DNA of 64,000 nt, from the NCBI GenBank assembly GCA_951406725.2, contig OX597814.1, positions 50,406,001 through 50,470,000 of the forward strand, written 5' to 3'. The DNA is from Octopus vulgaris (Eukaryota). Under the pieces are notes generated by a model, which was given only the letters and a program-made list of their open reading frames with translations, was not told where the DNA came from and made no database searches. Position 1 is the first letter of the stretch. Each line of letters opens with the position of its first letter. The translations under genes and the position numbers were made by a program. This document shows, one piece after another, positions 14,440 to 26,610 of this stretch.

Positions 14440-14988
14440 TTACTTAAGGAGGTTGAGCTTTCCTTATTCCTTTGTCTAAATCAGTGATTCTCAATCATTT
14501 TTTTACCTATGGACCCCTTTGATTCCTATTTTATTCTGATGGACCCTCAAAGCCATTCGAAGTTTTAAATATCCTATTGTATTTATATACTCTTTTACTC
14601 TTTCACTTCTTTCAGTCATTTGAATGCGGCCATGCAGCAGCACCGCCTTTAGCCGAGCAAATCGACCCCTGGACTTATTCTTTGTAAGCCTAGTACTTAT
14701 TCTATCGGTCTCTTTTGCCGAACCGCTAGGTTACGGGGACGTAAACACACCACCATCGGCTGTCAAGCGATGTTGGTGGGACATACACAAACACATCAAA
14801 CATACACACACTCATACATATATATATATATATACATATATACGACGGGCGTCTTTCAGATTCCGTCTATCAAATCCACTCACAAGGCTATAGTAGAAGA
14901 TACTTGCCCAAGGTGCCACGCAGGGGGACTAAACCCAGAACCATGTGGTTGGTAAGCAAGCTACTTACCACGCAGCCACTCCTGCGCC
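14440..14988 (-). mobile_element. SINE family B carrying about 150 bp of the 3' flank of the 7682-8090 copy
   Basis: 14440-14588 aligns with 7531-7680, and homology stops at the SINE head. Confidence 0.85.
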
Positions 14989-15065
14989 TGATAGTGTTTC
15001 TTCTTCTTCTTCTTCTTCTTCTTCTTCTTCTTCTTCTTCTTCTTCTTCTTCTTCTTCTTCTTCTT

Positions 15066-15485
15066 CAGAATGCTTAGCGACATTTTGTCCGTATTTTTCG
15101 TTCTGAGTTCCGCCGAGGTTGGCTTGCTCTCCCATCCTTTCGGGGTCGATGAAATAAGCACCAGTTGATTGTATCGATGTAATTAACAATCCCCCTCCCC
15201 TGAATTTTCAGGCCTTTTGCCTATAGTAGAAAGGATTATTACTATCGCTGTTGTTGTTGTTGTTGCCGTTAACGTTGCTGCTGCTGCCACTACTGCTGCA
15301 GTTGCTGTTATGAAGGCTGGCAGAATCATTAGCACGCCGGACAAAATGCTTAACGACATTTCGTCCGTATTTACGTTCTGAGTTGAAGTTCCGCTGCGCC
15401 CGACTTAGCTTTTCATCCTTTCAGTGTCGATCAAATAAGCACCAGTTACGCACTAGGTAGGCCTTGTGCTTCCAGTAGAAAGAAT
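15066..15485 (+). mobile_element. Two SINE family A copies (15066-15240 and 15314-15485)
   Basis: Conserved B-box and CATCCTTTC..GTCGAT body. Confidence 0.8.
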
Positions 15486-15500
15486 TATTATTATTATTAT

Positions 15501-15579
<79 letters not shown>

Positions 15580-15580
<1 letters not shown>

Positions 15581-16310
15581 CGCTAGTGCATGCTAATTTC
15601 GTTAGCAGGTATTGTATCTTGAGGTTTGGAGGCAAATTTCCTGGAATCTCAAAATCTTCCTTTAGATTCTTGCAGAATGATACTTTCCTGCAGGTCGACA
15701 ATGCGGAGTTTCAATTCCAATTTCCTTCAGTTTTTTAGGTAGCATTTTGACTATTGTACCAGGTGCACCTATTGCTACAGGAATAACTGTTGTCTTGGTC
15801 TTCCACAGTCTCATCAGCCCTATGGCTGAATTCTGCTATTCTCACTTTTTTCCATTTCTTTCGTGTCGATTCTATCATAAAGAATTGCAAAATCTATGAT
15901 CTCGCATTGTTTATTTTGACTCTATAATCATGTCTGGTCTTTTTGTCCCAATAGTATGGCCAGTTTTTATGGGGAAGTTTCACAAGATTTTGTAATACTC
16001 ATTTTCTATCACAACCTTTAGGTCTTGCTTATACCATTTTATTGTTTTGAAGTCACATATTCGACTAACTATTCAAATGCACTCTTTTGCCTACACAGTC
16101 ATATCTGCGCTTATACGCTTTTTGTGCTAATATACTGCACTCACTCAGAACGTGATTGATACTCACGGGCTTCATATAGAATTCCTTACTTGTTCTCTCT
16201 AGATTTGCTAAGTCAGATTTTGTCCAATCTACAAAAGCTGCTGAGTATCTAAGTAACGATATTGCCTCCTCCCCACAAAATTTCATGATTTTTGTCTATA
16301 GTAAAAAGGA
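15580..16310 (-). mobile_element. R4/Dong-type LINE fragment (restriction-like endonuclease region), degraded
   Basis: SINHVLSECSILAQKAYKRRYDCVGKRVH, RPDMII, IDFAI. Flanked by (TAG)n and (ATT)n. Confidence 0.75.
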
Positions 16311-16424
16311 TTATTATAATAATTATTATTATTATTATTGTTATTATTATTTAGCATTATCATTATTGAGTGAGAGAGCAGTGCATGCCATCAAAATAAC
16401 ACTGGGATGAAATATACGAAGGTA

Positions 16425-16746
16425 GGTCTTGACAGATACGTTTATATCGTTTGGGACAGTCATATCAATGAGGAGGCATGTTCTTTGTCTGAAGTCTTTC
16501 AATATGATGTCTGGCCTATTCGCGTCTATCTTTCTGTCAGTTTGAATGGTGAAGTTCCAGAGGAGTGAGAGGTGGTCATTTCAAGCACTGGAGGTGGTTT
16601 GTGTTCCCACCAGTTTTTTTCATGGGGCAAATTCAGGTTTTTGCAAATTACCCAGTGAATATATTGTGCAGCTCTATCATACCTGTTGAGATACTCTGTA
16701 GGCGCTAGAAGACTGCACTTGGAGACAACATGATCAATGGTTTCAT
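16425..16746 (-). mobile_element. Second R4/Dong fragment, same family as 20035-21989
   Basis: NETIDHVVSKCSLLAPTEYLNRYDRAAQYIHWVICK; closely similar to 21250-21570. Confidence 0.9.
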
Positions 16747-16748
16747 TA

Positions 16749-16814
<66 letters not shown>

Positions 16815-16818
16815 GTTA

Positions 16819-16861
<43 letters not shown>

Positions 16862-16869
16862 CATCATTA

Positions 16870-16946
16870 TTCAGTAGTTTTATTTATATAGCGTGCTTTC
16901 ACTTCATTACCGAGCGCAGCTCTGTGTGCCTTAGTTATGTGCTGTG

Positions 16947-16950
<4 letters not shown>
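16870..16950 (-). mobile_element. L2/CR1-like 3' tail fragment in (ATT)n
   Basis: Reads ...GTGAAAGCACGCTATATAAATAAAAC then (AAT)n. Confidence 0.5.
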
Positions 16951-17003
<53 letters not shown>

Positions 17004-17082
17004 CATCATTATTATTATTTTGATTTTTGATTTTGATTTTTCTAGTTTCAGCTAATGAGCTGTGGCCATGCTGGGGCACCGC

Positions 17083-17128
<46 letters not shown>

Positions 17129-17206
17129 GCTGTTGTTGTTGTCGTTGTCGTTGCTGCTGTTGATGTTGTTGCTGATGTAGTCAACATTTTGTTGTTGTTG
17201 TTGTTA

Positions 17207-17410
17207 AAGGGGGAGATGGCAGAATGGTTAGCACGCTGAACAGTAAGCTTAGTGGTTTACTAGTTGTCCGTAGTTACGTTCTGAGTTCAAATTCCGCCGC
17301 AGTCGACTTTGCTTTTCATCCTATCAGGGTCGATAAAATAAGCGCCAGTTAAACACTGGGGTCGATGTAATCGGCTCACCCTCCTCCAAAATGTTAATCC
17401 TTGTGCCTAC
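17207..17410 (+). mobile_element. SINE family A
   Basis: Head, B-box and body motifs. Confidence 0.85.
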
Positions 17411-19538
17411 AATAAAAATGAATTTTGTTTTTCTTGTTATCGGATGAATGTTGTGATCATTTGAGTGTTCTTAATGCTATTGGTGGTAGTGTTGGTTCTT
17501 TTTTATGTTGGCGCTGCTGCCTCTGCTGCTGCTGAACTGCTGCTGTTGCTGCTGCTAGGGATGTTGCTGTTGCTGGTGGTAGTGTGGGAGAGTTGTTGTT
17601 GCTGTTAACGAATTTAATGTTTCTGTTGGTGTTGGATTGGTTGCCATGGCGTAGAGTGTCGAAATACTTTGTTGACTAACGATGGTTGTGGTGGTGATTG
17701 ATGTGAGGTTGAGTGTTTGTCGTAATTGGTGTTATTGTTAGTGGTGTCGACGATGGGAGATACAGTGGGGCGGTGACAGTGCCAATTTCACTTTTTGTAG
17801 ATACATACATACATACATACGCGCACACACACACATACATACATACATACATATGTAAATACATACATACATACATACATACATACATACATACATACAT
17901 ACATACATACATACATACGTACGTACATGCATACATACATATGTATGTATGTATGTATGCTTGTAAGTATATACGAATATATATAGTAAAGATACGAAGT
18001 TATGATAATGCAATTAATTACATATCTTTATTAAGCAATTACAATCGCTTCGATAGTTAGCGGAACCATTTGGTCATGTTATGTGCTGGTTTATACATAT
18101 AAAAGAAAAATATGAAAATACATGCAGTAATCGATGAGGGCATCACAAACCATCTGTTTGGACCAATTATAATACAATTATTAAAGTTTATTCTGAATTA
18201 TCTCCCATGAATACGGTCATAGATAATAAGACCAGAATATCAGAGTTATAACTGAAAGAGCAATCTGTCTCTTTGTTGTGAAAATATTTGTATAGATAGA
18301 TAATGAAGTGAATAAGTATAACTGTTCCTTCCATTTGCTCAAGTAGAAATCAATCAGTACTGGTCGTCAAATTTATTGTTTACATTTGCCATCCACGAGT
18401 TTCTCAAATTTATTATTTACATGTATACTAGTTGAGACAGGGCTCAAATCCTTACAACTACTTTCCTTTTCTCACATTTCAAGCTCTGTGTATAATATAT
18501 AAACGTCACAGCACACTCTGTTGCTGAAATTAATGAGCCTATGATATCTCATTTGTTGATGATGAAAGTTTCTTTAACCGGCCTTATGTACCGTACCAAT
18601 ACATGTTACGAATATATATATCTTCATCCGAATGGAACACTGAGTTTAGTCAGTAAAATTATTATGAATGTTCGATTTTCTGAATAGGACCTTCAATTCA
18701 CAGATGAAGATACTGTTTGGGGAAATAAATGACATACAGTATTTAATTTCGTCTCTCCATAGTAGCTGTCCGATTCCTGTCCTGAGTTAATGAAATAATA
18801 CCAGCAGTATAATGGTGTTGAATGTTGACCTAATTAACAAAAGAAACCAAGTTATCTTGTACAGATATAAACAATGAATTTATGAGTCAATAAGCAAAAT
18901 TTCTATGTGGTTACTCATAAAAAAGCGCTCCAGATGAATGAATATCTGTAGACCATGCTATGGTAGCCTCTGTTGAACTATTAAGAGAACTTTCATGCAG
19001 TCTCTGGACCTGCTGGAAGTAATAACCGAGGCTTCTAAAAACAAAACTCTACAGTCTCAGAGAAGAAGAAATAATGGATTATGTAACTCAAGGTACACTA
19101 ATCTTGAATGAGTGTATGTTCATGCCTAGAAAACTTTCGGCTCAAAACAATAATAGCAATAAGTAAATTCATTACGAATAAATAATTTCATGAGTCATTT
19201 TTTTTTCACTTTCACGTTTCTGAGGTCGACAAATCATCAAAGATCAAATTTCTGTTTGACACTATAAATGTTTGTTTAGTGTATTAAATAGAAATATATA
19301 TCATTGACCGAACCTTTCGATATATAGAGAGAGAGAAAGAAGAGAATGAAACATGAAATTTCATTTTGCATACATTTTTGTTATTTTCAAAATATACTTT
19401 TTAAACACTCTCCAAATAAAAAAGATAATAGAATTTAATTGCAAATCTAAACATAAGGATGCATAATTTGTGTTTATGGTGAGAAGTAGCAATACATAAT
19501 TTTTCAACTTAGATTTGAATTAAATCTACGTGTCATGG

Positions 19539-19590
<52 letters not shown>

Positions 19591-19595
<5 letters not shown>

Positions 19596-19772
19596 GAGAT
19601 GAGGAATTATGTACATTATTTACATCATTTACATTTGACGGATATTTGTCATCTTGTTTGTTGTTAACACAACGTTTCGGTTGATATACCACACAGCCTT
19701 CATCAGGTGTCTTGGGGAAATTCCAAACCTGGTTTCTCATTACTAAGGTATTTTTCGAGGTTATTATTATTA

Positions 19773-19838
<66 letters not shown>

Positions 19839-19903
19839 TCACTGCTTGGAATCGAACTCGGAATCTTGGGGTTAGTAGCCCGCGTTCTTAATCACTACGC
19901 CAT
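19591..19903 (-). mobile_element. tRNA-head + (AAT)n + HHR element (inverted left arm)
   Basis: Minus strand: ATGGCGTAGTGATTAAG..GAGTTCGATTCC..GTGACC, then (AAT)n, HHR and tail, ending at (TA)n. Confidence 0.85.
19666..19711 (-). ncRNA. Minimal type I HHR
   Basis: GACAC-CTGATGA-AGGCTG...CAACC-GAAAC-GTT-GTGTT. Confidence 0.8.
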
Positions 19904-20034
19904 TTGAGTTCGATTCCAAGCAGTGACCTGAATAATAATAATAATAATAATAATAAGATCATGGAGATCCACACTAACTAATAATAATAATAATAATAAG
20001 ATCATGGAGAACCACACTAATAATAATAATAATA

Positions 20035-21989
20035 AGATCATGGAGAACCACACTAACTCTGAACAGTGACAATGAATCCCTAAATGCTGGTGATGTAAAA
20101 ATTTCGTGTGGCATTTTCCAGGGTGACTCACTGTCACCACTCCTCTTTTGTTTATCCTTAATACCTCTCTCAAAGCTGCTCAATGACGCGCAGTACGGGT
20201 ATAAAATGTTTGATAAAAATATAAATCATCTCAGTTACATGGATGATTTAAAGCTTTATGCAAAAAATGACCAACAACTCAAGGGCTTACTAGCGATAGT
20301 CAAACAATTCAGTGACGACGTCAGAATGCAATTCGGCCTCGATAAATGTGCAAAGGCTACCTTTATCAAAGGAAAAATGACAGAAACATCTAACGTTAAC
20401 CTTGACCAGCAGAATGTCACAAAAGAACTAGACCCAGCGGAGAGCTACAAGTACCTAGGGGTAATTGAAGGGAACGGAATAAGGCATTCAGAGATGAAGG
20501 AAAGGATCAGGAGAGAATGCTATCGAAGAGTGAGAGCAATACTCAAGACAGAGCTGAATGCAAGAAACAGGATCGAAGCGATCAATGCATTAGCCATACC
20601 AGTCGTGACTTACAGTTTCAATATTGTTAACTGGTCAATTACTGAAATATGTCAGCTCGACAGAAAAATAAGGAAACTGTTGACAATGCATAGAATGCAC
20701 CACCCTAAGGCAGATACAGAACGACTCTATCTGCCAAGAAAAGAGGGAGGCCGTGGTCTTTTACAACTGGCAATAACAATGAAGATCGCTACAATTGGCC
20801 TAGACACCTACCTGAAAAACTCTGAGGACTGGATGTTAAAACTTGTCTCAAAACATGAAAACAAAAAAGCATCATACTCAGTCACAAAACAGGCAAAGGA
20901 ATATCTAAGTGAATTCCGAATACAACCAATTTCGGAATTAGAGATAGACATACAAGAAACAAGCACAGAAAAAGCTAGGCGCATGAAAACCCGTGCCAAA
21001 ACTGCGGCCTTAGATATTCTGAATAATAAATGACAAGAAAAACCTCTCTATGGCAAATGCCCAAAGAGAGCGAATAATGCAGATATCGACAAAGCCCTGA
21101 CCCATCAATGGCTAATGGCCTCTGGCTTAAAATCTGAAACAGAAGGGTTTATCATAGCAGCTCAAGATCAATGCCTACCAACAAGAAACTACCAGGCCAA
21201 CATATTAAAGAACGGCAGTAGCCCAACATGTCGTGTATGCCGACAACAAAATGAAACCATTGACCATGTTGTCTCCAAATGCAGTCTTCTAGCGCCTACA
21301 GAGTACCTCAGTAGGCATGATAGAGCTGCACAATATATTGACTGGGTAATTTGCAAAACCCTGGATTTGCCCCATGAAAAAAACTGGTGGGAACACAATC
21401 CACCTCCTGTGCTTGAAAATGACCACATCTCACTCCTCTGGAACTTCACCATTCAAACTGACAGGAAGATAGTTGCAAATAAGCCAGACATTATATTGAA
21501 AGACTTCAGACAAAGAACATGCCTCCTCATTGATATGACTGTCCCAATCGATATAAACGTATCTGTCAAGACCTACCAAAAACTGAGCAAATATAAAGAT
21601 CTTGAAATAGAAATCAGCAAAATGTGGAAGCTGAAGACTAAAACAATACCTGTTGTCATAGGTGCCCTGGGAATGATAGCGAAAGGGACTGATTGCTACC
21701 TAACTCAGATACCAGGAAACCCCAAAATGGCAGAAATTCAAAAGATAGTGCTCATGGGAACTGCTCATATCCTACGCAAAATACTCTCTATGTAATCCCA
21801 AAGTTTAAAACAAACTTTTTTTTATTTTTTATTTTTTTATTTTTTATTTTTATGTATTAGACATTCACTAGTACAACACCAACAAAAAAAAAAAAACCCC
21901 AAATATATGGCACAGAACTTCCAACCTGTTGTCTCTTGAGGTCTCTGGGTGAGACTTGGACAGACATAAAGCAAAAGTCAAACATAGAA
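20035..21989 (+). mobile_element. R4/Dong-type non-LTR retrotransposon, 5'-truncated, well preserved, inserted in (TAA)n
   Basis: Single frame 20035-21795 with one TGA at 21031: GIFQGDSLSP, YMDDLK, YKYLG, GGRGL, CRVC..H..C, RHD, KPDI..D..K..KY. Has a 3' UTR and a (TAA)n tail. Confidence 0.92.
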
Positions 21990-22070
21990 TAATAATAATA
22001 ATAATAATAACAACAACAACAACATCGAAAAATGTCTTAGGAATGAGAACCCAGGTTCGATTTCCCTAAC

Positions 22071-22114
22071 ACACCTGATGAAGGCTGGAGGGTATATCAG
22101 CCGAAACGTTGTGT
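22071..22114 (+). ncRNA. Minimal type I HHR
   Basis: ACAC-CTGATGA-A-GGCTG...CAGCC-GAAAC-GTT-GTGT; palindromic AACGTT stem III. Confidence 0.85.
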
Positions 22115-23625
22115 TAACAACAAAACAAATATCAGTCAAATGTAAATAATGTAAATAATGAATATAAACATAAAATACTAAACCTTATCCACCACGTCAA
22201 TAATACTATTTAGAATTTAGTTGCCAAAATAAACAAATGAACGTGTAATCTGATACCTCTAAACATGCCAAGATAACATGTCTACATTTTCAAATATTCG
22301 TTTGAATAAATTAATACTGCTTCTCGCGAATGTAAAAGTATTTGCATTTTCTTAAAATTGAGTATTCACCAATTATCTGAATCTTCAATTGAGCATTATT
22401 CATTATAATACATAGCTACTGGCTATACGAATACCCTTCTTCCTTATTAAATATTTAGACAAAAATTAACATTAACATTTAACAAATTATGTATAAGTAA
22501 AACAACAGAATATGTTAATTAATTACTCCAAAATTAAGTACCCACCAAACTCGAGCCAAATCGATTGTTAATGTTGCCTCTTGTCGAAATATTTGGATCA
22601 ATACATGGTACAAGATCAAGATAAGTAAACAAAATGTGAACTGCCTATGCCTTGACTTTGTACACAAGACAGAATCCAGAATATACAATATTTACAGCGA
22701 TGCTTTATCTGGGTTTGTGCATACATAATGAGCACTGTTGTATTTAGCTTTCTTACTTGAGCCATATCAAAGTCTATTAACATTATACCACATATATGCG
22801 GTCACATATTCTAGAGCAAATGTCGTATAGGCAGTTTTAAGATACTCTAAAGCAATATTTCAAGAGTAGCCACATACAATAAGCAACCATATTAGCTAAG
22901 TACTTGGTATTGAATATTAAAATTAAATTAGCTGCCATAAATTTTCCTTTGAGACGAGATTAAAAACCGAGAAAATATTTTTAAACAGTAATAATTAATT
23001 GACATTTTATTTCATTACAAAAGCTGAAGGTTTAGAGGTTAAGTTTGTCATTAAAAATTTGTAAAATGCTTCTTTGTGACTGTTTTAAACATATATTCCC
23101 TGGTCATTTTAAGGTTATAAGGTCACCATTTGTTTGAGCAGAATGATATCAGAAGCTATTTAGTTCTTTTCTTTTATTCCTTTTTGTTTTTAAAATAAAA
23201 TGACCTTTCGATTTCAAAATGTAAAATAGCAGTTGAGAGCGAAGGCTTTGTGAAAAACAGCATCAGCTTGAACAAGCAGAATAAAGTTAAGACTAACAGC
23301 TCACGCTATTGATCAGTCTCAATAACATAATTCAATTATTAAACTATAAGCTGACAAATTGAATTGCCTGTCAAATTAATTAGTAAATGATTACTATAAA
23401 TCACAAGTAGGTTGGTAATCTGGAAAGGATGCTAAAATTAGCAACTCAAGAATTCTTAAAGAAAGAGAATTAAATATAAGATAGAATATTTCTGTTGCTT
23501 GATCATTTAGCAAAATTCGCAAACGTCGCGGTCATTTTGTATAGAGAGTGACTCATATAGCCTAACGGGAAGTAACGTCCGTTTTAAATTGTTGTACTAT
23601 ATCGCGCTTAGAAAAAAACAGAAAG

Positions 23626-24300
23626 AGGCGAGCTAGTAGAATCGCTAGAACGTCGGGCGAAGTACCTTACGCTAATTGTTCTAGTTCTTTACGTTCTTAG
23701 TTCAAATCCCGCCGAGATCAACTTACCTTTCATTCTTCCGGAGACAAGCATTGGGTCAACAGTATCGACTTCCTCTCTCCTCCAAATTGCCTAAATTAGA
23801 AACTGTTATTAGGAAGTAAGAAACATTTTGTTGTTCCTCATAATCAAAAGCATTGTAATAACCATCCAATTGCAGAGAAATCCACTTGCTTGCAAGCATT
23901 TATTTCACCGGAAACCTAGTCCATATGCTATAGTATAACCTGGAGGCGGTGTAAAGTCAGTGTAGTATTTTAATTATTACATAGTTGTGAAATACTAGTA
24001 CTGACTAAATGCAACATTCAGCTGAAGGAATGAAACTATTTCGACAATGTAAAATTTTGCCATTTTACTGTCCTAGTTTTCCAAGAGTAACGTGTTTTAT
24101 TATAGGCACAAGGCGGCGAGCTGGCAGAGTCCTTAGCGCTTCGGGCGAAATGCTAAGCGGCATTTCTTCCGCGATCTCAGCTGTGCCTCTTCACCCTTTC
24201 AGAGTCAATAAAATAAAGTACCAGTCAAGTACTAGGATTGATATAATCGACTTGCCTCCTCCCCTCGAAAGTGCTGGTTTCTGACAAAATTAGAAAAGAT
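23626..24300 (+). mobile_element. Two SINE family A copies (23626-23800 and 24111-24300)
   Basis: GGCGAGCT(A/G)G head and body motifs. Confidence 0.8.
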
Positions 24301-24849
24301 TTATAGATGCATGGCAATTTATTTGCAAAGGAAGAAATAATCGATTGAATTGATTACGTCCTTAAGTCTTTTGTTTCGTAAAAAAACTAAGAGGATAGCT
24401 GATACCGTATGAGATTTTAATTCAGCACATAGAGGAATGCAAATTGATATTGTAAGGCCTTTAGTCCAGAAGCTCTACCACTCTTGTCATGTCCCTTACA
24501 TTCGGCACATCCTAATAAGTTATATTTCTCTTGACTAAGCATAATTTTTAATGTAACTACTAAAATAGACGAAATCAAATTCAAGTGCTTCTAATACATT
24601 TTTCAACAACAAAAGAAAGGTAGAATCAGCTCAAACGAGAATTAAAATCACAATTTTTTTAGTTTTGAGTACTTTAGCCTACTAGCCATCGTCCTTCGTT
24701 TGTAAAGATTTTCATGTTTGCACAAGACTATGCATTTGTAGAGGAAAGATTTGTAGGTTGTCGACTGAACCTGATTTTATTTATTTTATCGATCCAAAGT
24801 TTGTTCGAGATTGAATCGAGTGGTGAGAGGCAACTAAAGAATTGTTTTT

Positions 24850-25035
24850 AATAGAAGCGCAGAACCTGAAATTTCAGAGTACGATAGTGGTCGGTTGTAA
24901 TCAACCCCAGTATTTGAGTGGTATTTCAGTATATTCTCTCAAGGGGAATAAAAGGTAAAGTTGACCTTGCCTAATTTTGAACTCTAAACATAAAAAGCCG
25001 GAAGAAAAACTTTAGAAGTATTTCTTCCTACGCTC
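24850..25035 (-). mobile_element. Old SINE family A copy
   Basis: Reverse complement of the body (AAAAGGTAAAGTTGACC..TTTGAACTC). Confidence 0.6.
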
Positions 25036-25516
25036 TAATTATTTTATCAATGCAAAGTATTTAGTCCGAGACTGTTCAGTTTTTGTAGTCAACGACTTAA
25101 CAAAGGCCAGAAAAAAGTAGGATTGCAAATAAACAGCTATAAAGTGATAAAAATGAGCATACACATTACATATATACATATATAAATACATACATACACA
25201 TATCTATATATATATATATATAGTAATAATAAAAGGGTGAAATTAATTAATTAGGGATAATTATCAATTACACCAAGTAGATTTCGGTATGTAAAAGCCC
25301 CATTCGAGGAAAATTTAAGTAATACTAAGTAATTAAGGGTTTAGCAACGAATTGCCTCACCAACACACCGAATTTAGAAATAGCAGTCAAAGAGATATAG
25401 CTATTCCTTCTACTAAAAGGGGGATCTCAGCAAAAACACAGCACTTAAAAGGCAAACACAGACAGGTAAGAAAGAAAGAATGAAATGACGGCAATCCATC
25501 ATGCAATTTTAAGTTA

Positions 25517-25608
25517 CCTACGGACGTACGTTTCGAGATCAAGTTTTAGGATATCATAAGAATTAGAAAATTCTACTTTACCCAGACTTCTTCTCTCATC
25601 GGCGCAGG
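25517..25608 (-). ncRNA. Type I HHR, inverted unit
   Basis: Reverse complement of the array HHR. Confidence 0.85.
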
Positions 25609-26518
25609 ATACTACAATTGTGAATAATTGTATATTAAATTTTGAGATACTAGAATGCGTCATCTCAACTCAGTGTCAGAGCGAGCCAAAGCGTGACCAG
25701 TACCACGAAATTCAAAGTTTGAATGAAAGTTTGTGTCACCAGCCCCCTTCCACCCGCGTGTAGCCAAGACAAAATGCTGTGGTCATTTACTGGGATAAAA
25801 TATGGTTATCAGTAATAATAAAAGGGTGAAATTAATTAATTAGGGATAATTATCAATTACACCAAGTAGATTTCGGTATGTAAAAGCCCCATTCGAGGAA
25901 AATTTAAGTAATACTAAGTAATTAAGGGTTTAGCAACGAATTGCCTCACCAACACACCGAATTTAGAAATAGCAGTCAAAGAGATATAGCTATTCCTTCT
26001 ACTAAAAGGGGGATCTCAGCAAAACACAGCACTTAAAAGGCAAACACAGACAGGTAAGAAAGAAATTCTTACCTGTCTGTGTTTGCCTTTTAAGTGCTGT
26101 GTTTTTGCTGAGATCCCCCTTTTAGTAGAAGGAATAGCTATATCTCTTTGACTGCTATTTCTAAATTCGGTGTGTTGGTGAGGCAATTCGTTGCTAAACC
26201 CTTAATTACTTAGTATTACTTAAATTTTCCTCGAATGGGGCTTTTACATACCGAAATCTACTTGGTGTAATTGATAATTATCCCTAATTAATTAATTTCA
26301 CCCTTTTATTATTACTGATAACCATATTTTATCCCAGTAAATGACCACAGCATTTTGTCTTGGCTACACGCGGGTGGAAGGGGGCTGGTGACACAAACTT
26401 TCATTCAAACTTTGAATTTCGTGGTACTGGTCACGCTTTGACACGCTCTGACACTGAGTTGAGATGACGCATTCTAGTATCTCAAAATTTAATATACAAT
26501 TATTCACAATTGTAGTAT

Positions 26519-26610
26519 CCTGCGCCGATGAGAGAAGAAGTCTGGGTAAAGTAGAATTTTCTAATTCTTATGATATCCTAAAACTTGATCTCGAAACGTA
26601 CGTCCGTAGG
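26519..26610 (+). ncRNA. Type I HHR; further copies start at 27108, 27696, 28285, 28874 and 29463
   Basis: CCTGCG-CCGATGA-GAGA...TCTC-GAAAC-GTAC-GTC-CGTAGG. Predicted cleavage after C26604. Confidence 0.88.

Larger units (their letters stand above)
19906..22160 (+). mobile_element. tRNA-head + HHR element (right arm), split at its (AAT)n by a Dong LINE
   Basis: B-box half at 19906-19930; the remainder resumes at about 21990 and matches 19591-19760 and 41700-41834. Confidence 0.85.

Noticed and set aside
18500-18820. Old GIY-YIG remnant (DSYYGET on the minus strand)
   Set aside because: A single short motif among many stops; insufficient evidence.
21031-21033. In-frame TGA as selenocysteine or readthrough
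   Set aside because: It falls at an expected Trp codon (TGG to TGA), and no SECIS was recognised.
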